Shown: positions 53,657-62,234 of the stretch, in pieces | How the letters are laid out: each line of letters opens with the position of its first letter | Position numbering within the stretch: position 1 is the stretch's first letter | NCBI GenBank assembly: GCA_020431915.1 | Contig: JAGQHJ010000004.1 | Coordinates: forward strand, 18,393 to 82,392 | Length of the DNA: 64,000 nt | Reading direction: 5' to 3' | Source: Cyanobacteria bacterium HKST-UBA04 | GTDB taxonomy: Bacteria > Cyanobacteriota > Vampirovibrionia > Vampirovibrionales > JAGQHJ01 | Translations under genes and position numbers: made by a program | Notes under the pieces: model-generated | Databases searched by the model: none | Told to the model about the DNA's origin: nothing | What the model saw: only the letters and a program-made list of their open reading frames with translations

Positions 53657-54717
53657 AGCAAGCGTCTTGTACACCCGCCTCGGCATGCCCGCTCGACATT
53701 GTTTGTATCGGCAGTGCGCTGGAAGATATTTTTATAAACGTGCCCGTGCACGATGATGCCACGGCGTTCATTCGATCCAACCACCTGAGCATCAGTCTGG
53801 GCGCTAAAATTAACGTGGACTACCCCCTCATTGAAGTCGGGGGCGGGGGCACCAACACGGCCATGAACTTCAGCATCCAGGGCTTGAAGGTGGGGCTGCT
53901 CTCCAAAATTGCCAACGACGACGGGGGCCACCTGATTCGCAACCGCCTCGAAGACGCTCGCATTGACCTGCGTTATCTGCAGGTGGACACGGACTCGGCA
54001 GCCCACACCGGCATGTCGATTATCCTCAACGTCCCCCAGCATGATCGTTCCGTCCTGGTTAACCGGGGCGTGAGCCACGGCATTGACTTTGACACCGTGG
54101 ACTGGGACCAGTTTAAAACCGTCCCCTGGCTGTATGTGGCGTCCTACGGCAGCCCCAACGAAGACGATTTTGAGCGTCTGGCCGCCTTGGCCAGGGATCA
54201 TGACGTCAAGATAGCCTTTAACCCCAGCATTAACCAGATTAAACGGGGCCTCAAGGTCATCGGCCCGCTTATCGAAGCCTCGGTCATTGTCTCAATGAAC
54301 CGCACCGAGGCCACGCTGCTGACCAAGTCCAAGAAGAACGAACGGGTCACCGTACTGCTCGACAAGATGCGCGACCTTTGCCCCGGTCTGACCCTGATTA
54401 CCTGCGGGGCAAGCGGCGTGTTTGCCGCCGACGCCAATAACCGCCGCTATTACATTCCGCCCATGAAAGTGAATGCCACCTCCACCCTGGGTGCTGGAGA
54501 TGCCTTCTGCAGCACGTTCACGGCATCCATTATCAAGGACGGCTGGGATGTACCGCTGGCTCTGAAGCGGGCCAACGTCAGCGCCGCCCACGTTATCCAG
54601 GAACCGGGTGCCCAACGGGGTCTGCTGCCTATCGACGACCTCGACGCCGAGCTGAAGACCCTTAACCTAAGCGTGGATGTGCTCGACAAGGAAATGACCC
54701 CACAACCCACCCCTTAA
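53653..54717 (+). CDS. PfkB-family carbohydrate kinase
   Basis: The GGGGTNTAMNF and C-terminal TLGAGDAFCSTF (DTxGAGD-like) motifs. Its start overlaps the upstream stop (ATGA). Confidence 0.8.
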   Translation: MKQASCTPASACPLDIVCIGSALEDIFINVPVHDDATAFIRSNHLSISLGAKINVDYPLIEVGGGGTNTAMNFSIQGLKVGLLSKIANDDGGHLIRNRLEDARIDLRYLQVDTDSAAHTGMSIILNVPQHDRSVLVNRGVSHGIDFDTVDWDQFKTVPWLYVASYGSPNEDDFERLAALARDHDVKIAFNPSINQIKRGLKVIGPLIEASVIVSMNRTEATLLTKSKKNERVTVLLDKMRDLCPGLTLITCGASGVFAADANNRRYYIPPMKVNATSTLGAGDAFCSTFTASIIKDGWDVPLALKRANVSAAHVIQEPGAQRGLLPIDDLDAELKTLNLSVDVLDKEMTPQPTP

Positions 54718-54870
54718 AGGGACTTTGGCCAATACCCGTTTTGGCAGACCCCCAAACCATTGCTTAAATTTTGTTAAGATATGATGAAGACCCTTCATTT
54801 TAGCGGGTCTTGTTCGATACCTTCATTATAGTGGCAGATAACGCAAGAGGACTTGAGACTGGAGCCACCA

Positions 54871-56130
54871 ATGAAGGGCGAATCCCAATCTTCCGCCAGG
54901 CAAGCCTGGTTAAACCAAGCTTCCAATACAGCCGATTTCAACCAACCATCTACCTCGCTGGCGCCGAAACAAGGCAAAGCCGGTAATACGGACACATCAA
55001 AATGGGCTCCCGGCCCGGAATCGGCTAAAACAGCCGGCCTGTTTGATGGTGTTTTAGGCTTTGTCAGCCAAATGACCTCCCATAAGTCCCACACCAAAGG
55101 GACCTTCAAGGGCCACAAAAAGCCAATCGCGTTCCTGCGCCTGGGCCAAGACAACAAGTACGTATTGTCGGCCAGCGACGATCGCACCATTCGGTACTGG
55201 CACCGAGAAACCGGTGAATGCGTCGTAAAGTTTGACACGGAAACGACGGCCCCCATTCAGGATCTCGAGTTCATCCCGAACAACATGGGCCATGCCTACA
55301 GTTTTTCGAGCAAAACCCCCATGTCCGAACCCGGCAAAGGGGTCTTGTGTGTGTGGAACCTGGTGGGTGAATACCCCATTGGCCGTCTCGACATTACCAA
55401 CCGGTTTGCCTTCTCGAGACAGGGCAAGAAAATTGCCTTTGCCAGCGACGATTTTATGGCCGTGCACGTCAAGCTATACCAGGGCCAGTGGAACACCACC
55501 ACCCTGATGGGCCATGAAACACCGATCAGCTGCATCACCTTTTCCTCCGATTGCCAGTTTATTATGGCCGGCGCCGAAGACGGCAGCATCCGCTTCTGGG
55601 ACATCGAGTCGCGCCAGGAGCTGTGCCAGTTCATTGGCCACACAGACCGGGTACAGGAACTGGTTATTTCTCCCGATGGCCGCTGGATGGCTTCCTCCAG
55701 CAACGACGGAACGGTTCGGATATGGGACGCCTATACCGGCACAGCCATGCTGGTGCTCGACGAATTCCATCCGCATGTGCCCGTCAAGCCCATTTGGAGC
55801 AAAGAACATAACCAACTGCTGACCGTCGAACGCAAGACCATTCGGCTTTGGGATTTAGGCGAGCAAAAAACCATTGCCCGCTTCACGCCCAGAAACAACC
55901 GCGACATCACGGCCTATTCGTTTATCGAAGATACCAACCACCTGCTTGTGGCTTGCCAGGGCGAAGCCCTGATTAGCTGGGTCGACATGGTCAGCGGCGA
56001 TTTAATCGACGAATTTGATTTCTGCAAGACCGAGTTGCGCGACTTGCTGTACGTACCCGACAGTGACGAGTTTCTGTCGGCAGGCAATGAAAACCATTTC
56101 TGCAAATGGAGCCTGGAACGGCAGCAGTAA
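54871..56130 (+). CDS. WD40 repeat protein
   Basis: Repeats GHKKPIAFL...SASDDRTIRYW, GHETPISCITF...GAEDGSIRFWD and GHTDRVQELVISPDG...SSNDGTVRIWD. ATG at 54871 with GGAG upstream. Confidence 0.85.
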   Translation: MKGESQSSARQAWLNQASNTADFNQPSTSLAPKQGKAGNTDTSKWAPGPESAKTAGLFDGVLGFVSQMTSHKSHTKGTFKGHKKPIAFLRLGQDNKYVLSASDDRTIRYWHRETGECVVKFDTETTAPIQDLEFIPNNMGHAYSFSSKTPMSEPGKGVLCVWNLVGEYPIGRLDITNRFAFSRQGKKIAFASDDFMAVHVKLYQGQWNTTTLMGHETPISCITFSSDCQFIMAGAEDGSIRFWDIESRQELCQFIGHTDRVQELVISPDGRWMASSSNDGTVRIWDAYTGTAMLVLDEFHPHVPVKPIWSKEHNQLLTVERKTIRLWDLGEQKTIARFTPRNNRDITAYSFIEDTNHLLVACQGEALISWVDMVSGDLIDEFDFCKTELRDLLYVPDSDEFLSAGNENHFCKWSLERQQ

Positions 56131-56146
56131 ATACCTCCTTGCCGAA

Positions 56147-56177
56147 ACACGTATACACACACGCGCACACGCACGCG
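56147..56177. repeat. 31-nt perfect alternating purine-pyrimidine tract
   Basis: acacgtatacacacacgcgcacacgcacgcg, checked base by base. It starts 17 nt after the WD40 stop codon. Confidence 0.85.
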
Positions 56178-56302
56178 GGTGTATCAGCGATAGACAGCCC
56201 TTTTTGTAACAGGGCCGTAACAGCCCATACCGTTGACCGTTTAGCAGTCCCCCAAGATGGGAACTAAACTGTTGCTGCGAAATTGAGGAGTCTGTTAACA
56301 CC

Positions 56303-56707
56303 ATGGGATGCTGTGACCATAAACCCCATGGCGGCGGAAAGCCGACCATGCTTCGTTTACTGGTAGGCTTGATTGGGGGCCCGCTGGTTGTGGCCCTGTT
56401 CATTCTGCACGCCATGGCAGCACATGCTGCCGGACTCGCCATGCCTACCACCCAACCCCTCGTCGAGATTGAACCAAACCAACACGCATTCATTCAACCC
56501 CTCACGTTTTCTCACCCGACACCGTTTCTGTCTTGTGACAAAGACGGTGACAACCCCCTCAATGACGCCTATGTCGTCGACAACGCGGACGGCCGGCACC
56601 GTCAACCCATGTTGATGGACCCTGCAACGACTCCGGCCTCTGAGGAATCGGGCGACCCGTTATGGCACAGCATCCCTTTCCAAGGACAAGGTCTGCACCT
56701 GTTTTAA
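56303..56707 (+). CDS. hypothetical small secreted or membrane protein
   Basis: A hydrophobic signal-like segment MLRLLVGLIGGPLVVALFILHAMAAHA begins at an internal Met (56348). The true start is uncertain. Confidence 0.45.
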   Translation: MGCCDHKPHGGGKPTMLRLLVGLIGGPLVVALFILHAMAAHAAGLAMPTTQPLVEIEPNQHAFIQPLTFSHPTPFLSCDKDGDNPLNDAYVVDNADGRHRQPMLMDPATTPASEESGDPLWHSIPFQGQGLHLF

Positions 56708-57609
56708 TCGGCCAAGAGCAGGCCGGTCAGTTGATAAAGCATTTGGGCCAACTGAGACAAATCGGCGGTGTTGTTTACCACAACATCGGCCTGGGCCCGA
56801 CTCGGTAACACATAACGCCCCATACACTGGACCGTGGTCTGCCACATGTGGCAAGTAGCACCACGGTTTTCCTTTTGGTTGCGCAACAGCCACCGGTCTC
56901 GGCGGACCGCCTCATCCACATCCACATAGATGCTCAGGTCGTAACAACGCCGCAACGCCGGGGTACCCAACGCATGGATACCCTCGGTAATGACGAAGGG
57001 TTCGGCGCTAATCAACTGGCCGGTCGGCGCCAGAGAGGGCAGGGTCGTGGGGGTGCCGTACACCAGCCGGGGCATGGTCATGGCCGCCCCAAGGGGCATC
57101 GCCCGCAGCGTGCGCAAGTCGGCAATCAGTTTCGCCGTAAGCACCTGTTCGGGGTCGTCGAGGTCCACCGTGTCGTAGAAAGCCTGCGGGGTTAACCCGG
57201 CATAGCGCTGCGAGAAGTCGCAATAGTAGTTGTCCTGGGTAAAGGTACTTACCGGTGCAAACTGACTGAGGGCGTCAGCCAGCACATCACGAACCTGCGT
57301 CTTGCCCGACCCGGAACCACCGGCCAAGCCAATAATAAAGGGCCGAGAAGGTCTCAGAGAGCCACTTGGCGCCTTGGCCAACCCCGTTTTAATGCGGGCC
57401 CAGGCCGACAGCGACACCGACGTGATGACCGGCGTCGGTTCAAGGTTGTCTTCGGCCAACAGCCGACGCAAGGCTTCGACCCGACGAGTTGGGTCGAGGG
57501 GTTGGGGCTGAAGGCCGCTTTTGGCCGGGGGGGGCTGTCTGAAAACCATCAAAGAAGACCGATTACCTGTTGCGTTGTACCAAAACGGTTGTTTGCAGGC
57601 GGTCTGCAA
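56704..57609 (-). CDS. uridine kinase / phosphoribulokinase family protein
   Basis: P-loop IIGLAGGSGSGKTQV, QDNYYCD, FVITEGIHAL and IYVDVDEAVRRDRWLLRN. There is an N-terminal extension of about 90 aa. Confidence 0.75.
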   Translation of the reverse strand: MQTACKQPFWYNATGNRSSLMVFRQPPPAKSGLQPQPLDPTRRVEALRRLLAEDNLEPTPVITSVSLSAWARIKTGLAKAPSGSLRPSRPFIIGLAGGSGSGKTQVRDVLADALSQFAPVSTFTQDNYYCDFSQRYAGLTPQAFYDTVDLDDPEQVLTAKLIADLRTLRAMPLGAAMTMPRLVYGTPTTLPSLAPTGQLISAEPFVITEGIHALGTPALRRCYDLSIYVDVDEAVRRDRWLLRNQKENRGATCHMWQTTVQCMGRYVLPSRAQADVVVNNTADLSQLAQMLYQLTGLLLAD

Positions 57610-57708
57610 ACAACCGCTGCAAACACCCCTTCAGTGTACGGCATGGGACCAGGCCTCGACAAGCATCGGGGCAACGGGGACTGCCAGAGAAGCGGGGGCC
57701 CCGTAAGC

Positions 57709-57744
57709 AAAAAAAAAGCCCCTTTAGGAAAGGGGCTGATTTTT
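57709..57744 (-). terminator. strong rho-independent terminator (minus strand; also hairpin-competent on plus)
   Basis: GCCCCTTT-agg-AAAGGGGC (57718-57736). On the minus strand a run of 9 T follows. It lies 165 nt downstream of the 57909..58139 ORF. Confidence 0.8.
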
Positions 57745-57908
57745 GGTTAATGTGCGATTAAGTGTGATAACGTTTAAAACTTGGAACTGGGGGCGGTTGG
57801 TTAAACCGTTGGTTCAGAAATGCGTGGTCTGGGGTTGAAAATAAGAATCACGGGGAAAAACGAAGTCGTGTCTGTAACGGGGAAAGGGAGTCGTCGTGTC
57901 TTCGTTGG

Positions 57909-58139
57909 TTAGCTTGCCTTCGTCTGTGCTTCCACCAGCCCAACCCGGTGTTCAGTGCGAATGCTGTTGGGGTTGGGTACAAAATGCAGGCCCTTCATCA
58001 GGGCTTTCAAATCACTGCGGTTGGCGTAATGATGGCTCCAGTTGACCATGGCCAGGTTGTTCAAATCCGTATGCACGCTGCTGGGCGGTTGTGCTTGGTA
58101 ACCGGACGAATAGCCCGACATCTCTGGTTGTGTTGTCAT
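57909..58139 (-). CDS. hypothetical small protein
   Basis: A 76-aa ORF with no recognised motifs. It has its own downstream terminator. Confidence 0.4.
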   Translation of the reverse strand: MTTQPEMSGYSSGYQAQPPSSVHTDLNNLAMVNWSHHYANRSDLKALMKGLHFVPNPNSIRTEHRVGLVEAQTKAS

Positions 58140-58346
58140 GGGTCAATACCACATCTTTCGGGTTGCCGCTTGAAGCGCGAGAAGAAACGGCCCAATGACG
58201 GCTAAGAAGCCCCATCATTGCTGCTTTTCTATCTGTCTCTCTCTTCAATGTGTCTCTTGATACGTAAATAAAACCCAACAGGATATACAAATTGCCTTTT
58301 TAGATATACTATGTAAATAATCCTTAACAAAGGTCCAGATCCCCCC

Positions 58347-58910
58347 ATGCAAACCCCCCGCCTAATTCAGGCTCATGAAGCCCTGCTGCTGGTTATTGAT
58401 ATGCAGGATCGGTTTATTCCCGTCCTGCACGACGTTGAACGGGTTTTAACACGGCAAAAGCAGCTTATTAAGGGCTGTAACCTGCTTAATGTGCCTGTTC
58501 TTGTCTCCGAGCACTACCCAAAAGGCCTGGGAAGCACCGACCAAGGGCTTATGGGCGTTTTAGAACGCCAAAACCCCCCGGCGATAGTGGAAAAAACCCA
58601 CTTTGGATGCTGCGGCGAACCGGGGTTTATGGACACGTTAAAGGGCTTTGACCGCACACAAGTGCTGGTTTGTGGCATTGAGGCCCACGTATGCGTGAAT
58701 CAGACCGTCATTGGCCTGCTGGCGGCCGGATATGAGGTCTTTTTGGTAGAGGATGCCATCACGGCGAGGAACCCGGCCCATACTGAGCTGGCCATGCGCA
58801 AACTGACGGCCCTTGGTGCGGTGCCGTGCAACGTGGAAATGGCGCTGTTTGAGCTGATGGTCGAAGCCAAACACCCGCAGTTCAAGGCGGTTCAGGCCCT
58901 GATTAAGTAG
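58347..58910 (+). CDS. isochorismatase-family cysteine hydrolase
   Basis: ALLLVIDMQDRF (catalytic Asp), a Lys, and VCGIEAHVCVNQT (catalytic Cys). Confidence 0.85.
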   Translation: MQTPRLIQAHEALLLVIDMQDRFIPVLHDVERVLTRQKQLIKGCNLLNVPVLVSEHYPKGLGSTDQGLMGVLERQNPPAIVEKTHFGCCGEPGFMDTLKGFDRTQVLVCGIEAHVCVNQTVIGLLAAGYEVFLVEDAITARNPAHTELAMRKLTALGAVPCNVEMALFELMVEAKHPQFKAVQALIK

Positions 58911-58935
58911 GCAGGCCCTAGTTAATTAGGCAGGC

Positions 58936-59607
58936 CTAGGCGTTGGCGTGGCCGTCGGCCACCTGTTTGCCATTGTTGGTGGGAATAATGACCTCGTGGG
59001 CCAGCCGCTCGATAAACTGCAGGGCCTCGCGATCGCGCCGGATAGCCAGTTTAAGCTGGTACAGCTCGTTATAGTCCAGGCGGCTAACAAAAGCCGGGTC
59101 TATCTCGCACTTGTATCGTTGCGAAAATATCTTGTAGAGCTGGTTTGCCTGGTGACTATAGCCTTCAAGGCCCTTGTGATAACACTCCCAGTGGTAACAC
59201 TGGTAGGCAATATAGCCAAAGTCATCAAAGGCGTCATTCAGGATAATCAGCACCCCCTTGCTGAAGTTCATCTGGGCGGCCTCGGGGTAGTGCTCCTTGA
59301 TGGTCTTGACCAGGTCCTTGTAGCGTTTCAGGCTGGGCAATACCAGGCCTTCCGAGGCCCCGACAATCTTCAGGCACAGCTTCATCTGAAAAACGTTGCC
59401 ACCTTGGATAATAGGCAGACCCTTCTCCTGATAGGCCGCTTTTATACGGTCCTTGTCCGGGTAATGGGCTTGCATGTGCTTGATCATAGCTGTTTGTAGC
59501 TGGGTAACCTTCTGGTTATCCTTGCCGTGGAAGACCACCAGGTCGATACCGGGATCCTCGTCACCACGGGACCCGCGAAGCGGTTTATATGTAAAACGGT
59601 TGGTCAT
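58936..59607 (-). CDS. hypothetical protein
   Basis: A 223-aa ORF with normal composition. No motif recognised. Confidence 0.5.
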   Translation of the reverse strand: MTNRFTYKPLRGSRGDEDPGIDLVVFHGKDNQKVTQLQTAMIKHMQAHYPDKDRIKAAYQEKGLPIIQGGNVFQMKLCLKIVGASEGLVLPSLKRYKDLVKTIKEHYPEAAQMNFSKGVLIILNDAFDDFGYIAYQCYHWECYHKGLEGYSHQANQLYKIFSQRYKCEIDPAFVSRLDYNELYQLKLAIRRDREALQFIERLAHEVIIPTNNGKQVADGHANA

Positions 59608-59972
59608 ACGTCCGTCCTGTTTATCCCCTGTTTTCCGTTCCCTGTGTACCGGTGCCGATATCGGTGTTAGTACACCTTATCGTCGCAGAGGGTTTGCCCC
59701 CGTTACAGCGCCGAAATAGGTGGTGCAACCGTCTCTAAACCGGTTTTCAGGCCTAAGCTCACTAGTAGCATAAAAACGGCTTAACGCCGGTTTTTTCACA
59801 CTTTCTGCCGCCTTGCAGCGCAAATTGTTACAGTGCCCATGCCCAGAACCCCTTAACCGGATTGCCACGCCAAGGGAACCTCTGGCCCAATTGACGTCAT
59901 ATAACTAGAATGAGGTTAAAGGCACCCGCCGCGCTTTAACGCCTCATTTTTTGCGCCTTTTTATGCCTTTTT

Positions 59973-60028
59973 CTACACTTTTGTACTATGGTATACACGG
60001 GTGTACACGGACGTACAGCGCTGTACAC
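59973..60028. repeat. six GTACAC-like hexamers at an exact 10-bp period
   Basis: ctacac (59973), gtacta (59983), atacac (59993), gtacac (60003), gtacag (60013) and gtacac (60023). They are preceded by T-tracts phased at 10-11 bp (59947-59982). The array lies 57-112 bp upstream of the lptA-like start. Confidence 0.85.
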
Positions 60029-60084
60029 CACTGCCCCTTGTTTAACCTGGCTACCCAAACGGGTTTCCGCCCCCTCTTTTCTGG

Positions 60085-61410
60085 ATGATTGATGTGATGC
60101 TTGTCGCTGCCCTGCGTTTCCCTACCAAAACCGGCTTTGCCTATAGCCTCGGCTTGCTGCTGGCTGCGCTCTTCCTTTTGGGGTGCCCCGGCTGGGCCTT
60201 GGCCAATAACGTGTACATTGCCGCCGGTCATCAGCACCTTGAGCCCCTTAACGGCATGACCACCCTGGATGGCGGGGTGGTGATTAAAACCGACACTGCC
60301 ACGATGAGCGCCGGGTCGGCCCAGATGGTGTTGTCCGGCAGTGCCCCGCAATCGCTTGTAATGAACGGTGGGGCCTCGATGACGCGACTGGAGAACAACG
60401 TCGAGCAAACCATCCATGCAAACCAGGTGGCCGTGGATTTTGCCACCAACGACGTCAATGCCCAGGGCAGTGTCTCAACGCAGATGGCCGACAAAGGCAA
60501 GCCTGCCGACAACGTCACCATCCAGTCCGATGATCAGGTGTTTGACCAAACCAACCACGTCATGCGCGCCATTGGCCACGTCAAGGTCACCAAGGGTGAC
60601 ATGGTGGCCACCAGCCCGGAAGCCGTTATTACCATGGGCGACGACGGTCAGGCCAAAAAAGCCCTGTTCAAGAACGGGGCCAAGCTGGTCAGCTCCGACC
60701 AGATTTTGACGGCCGAGCTGATTACCATTGATTTGGCCACCGGCGACATCTACGCCGAGAAAAACACCCGCAGCCAAATCAAGTCCAAACCGGACGACGC
60801 CAAGCAAACCGGCAAGAAACCACAACCCGCCCCTGCCGCCAAGGCCGGCGACACGAAGGACGATGTGGAAGTCACGGCCGATTTTCAGGAGCTGAACCAG
60901 GATACCGGGACCCTGATTGCCAATGGCAACGCGGTGGTCAACTACGGCGATTTCATAGCCAAGGGGCCAAAAGCCACGTTCTACTCGGAAAACAATACCC
61001 TGGACCACATTACCCTGACCAACCGGGCCGAGATTGTGGACAACGACCGCCGGGTCATTGGCGACACGGTTATAATCACCATTGATCCGCGTCAGTTCAC
61101 GGCCAAGGGCAATGTTCAAAGCTTTATGCAAACCAAGCAAAAAGCCGAACCCGAAAAGAAACCCGACGCGCGACCGGAACCCGACGCCAGCCAGCCTGCA
61201 GCCAAAACCAAACCCGTCAGCGCAAAACCGGCGGCCGCAAAAACCGGTAGCAACAAAACCAGCAATAACAAAACCAGTGCCCATCAGTCGGCCCAAGCGG
61301 TCAGCGCCACCGTGCAGTCGGCCAAGGCTACCAAGCAGGCCCCGCCCAAACCGGCCATTAACCAGGCAGCCTTGAACGAGGCCCTCATGCTTGAGGAAGC
61401 GTCCCGCTAA
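60085..61410 (+). CDS. LptA/OstA-like LPS transport periplasmic protein with a Lys/Pro/Ala-rich C-terminal tail
   Basis: N-terminal signal/anchor, OstA-like beta-jellyroll pattern (repeated short beta-strand segments such as GNAVVNYGDFIAKGPKATF), and a position directly upstream of lptB. Confidence 0.65.
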   Translation: MIDVMLVAALRFPTKTGFAYSLGLLLAALFLLGCPGWALANNVYIAAGHQHLEPLNGMTTLDGGVVIKTDTATMSAGSAQMVLSGSAPQSLVMNGGASMTRLENNVEQTIHANQVAVDFATNDVNAQGSVSTQMADKGKPADNVTIQSDDQVFDQTNHVMRAIGHVKVTKGDMVATSPEAVITMGDDGQAKKALFKNGAKLVSSDQILTAELITIDLATGDIYAEKNTRSQIKSKPDDAKQTGKKPQPAPAAKAGDTKDDVEVTADFQELNQDTGTLIANGNAVVNYGDFIAKGPKATFYSENNTLDHITLTNRAEIVDNDRRVIGDTVIITIDPRQFTAKGNVQSFMQTKQKAEPEKKPDARPEPDASQPAAKTKPVSAKPAAAKTGSNKTSNNKTSAHQSAQAVSATVQSAKATKQAPPKPAINQAALNEALMLEEASR

Positions 61411-61514
61411 CCTTGGCAGGCATGCTCAAAAACACGATACACGCCTGGGGCGCGGCACCCTCCTTATTCCGTTGTTAAAGGCTTTTTCCCTGATCTAGAG
61501 AGAGTACATCCCCT

Positions 61515-62234
61515 ATGGCCCTGGTGGTTGAAGGACTCCACAAACGATACGGCGGCCGCCCCGTCGTCAACGGCGTCTCGTTCGACGTCAATCCCGGCGA
61601 AATTGTGGGATTGCTGGGCCCCAACGGGGCCGGTAAGACCACCTCCTTTTATTCGGTACTTGGTATTATCCGGCCCGATGCCGGGGCCGTGTTCGTCGAC
61701 GAACGCGACATTTCCAACCTGCCCATCCACGAGCGCGCCCAGGCCGGTGTGGGTTACCTGCCACAAGAAACCTCCGTCTTTCGCAGGCTAACGGTTGAAG
61801 AAAATCTCCGGCTGGTTCAGGAGTTTCAGCCCGACAGCAAGGAAGACAAGGAAGAGCAGCTCGAGGGGCTGCTCACCGAGTTTGGCCTGCAAAAACACCG
61901 CAAAAGCCTGGCCATTCAATTGTCCGGTGGCGAACGGCGACGAACGGAAATTGCACGGGCCATTGCAGCCAAACCGGATTTTTTGCTACTGGATGAACCC
62001 TTTACCGGCATCGACCCTTTGGCCATTCAGGACATCCAGCGACTGGTACTCCAACTCAAGGATCGCGGCCTGGGCATTCTGCTGACGGACCACAACCCCA
62101 AAGCCACCTTGAGCATTGTGGATCGGGCCTACATTATTTACGACGGCCAAATTATTTTTAGCGGCCCTTCCTGGGAAGTGGCCTCCAACGAGCTGGTAAA
62201 ACAGTACTACCTGGGTTCGGATTTCTCACTATGA
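61515..62234 (+). CDS. lptB: LPS export ABC transporter ATP-binding protein LptB
   Basis: GLLGPNGAGKTTSFY, signature LSGGERRRTEIARA, Walker B FLLLDEPFTGIDP. 239 aa. Confidence 0.9.
   Translation: MALVVEGLHKRYGGRPVVNGVSFDVNPGEIVGLLGPNGAGKTTSFYSVLGIIRPDAGAVFVDERDISNLPIHERAQAGVGYLPQETSVFRRLTVEENLRLVQEFQPDSKEDKEEQLEGLLTEFGLQKHRKSLAIQLSGGERRRTEIARAIAAKPDFLLLDEPFTGIDPLAIQDIQRLVLQLKDRGLGILLTDHNPKATLSIVDRAYIIYDGQIIFSGPSWEVASNELVKQYYLGSDFSL

Noticed and set aside
56303-56347. N-terminal MGCC... of the 134-aa ORF, as a eukaryote-like myristoylation/palmitoylation motif (effector hint)
   Set aside because: An internal Met at 56348 starts a much more conventional signal peptide (MLRLLVGLIGGPLVVALFILHAMAAHA). 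The MGCC start is therefore probably not used. The idea rests on 4 residues only.
19384-57882. Treating every AACGGGG(A) heptamer in intergenic DNA (19384, 20727, 20781, 21870, 57849, 57876) as one regulon motif
   Set aside because: A 7-mer is expected several times by chance in 128 kb of two-strand sequence, and more in GC-rich DNA. It also occurs inside coding regions. Only the exact 15-mer pair and the CTGTTTCAT co-occurrence are statistically persuasive, so only those are reported as findings.
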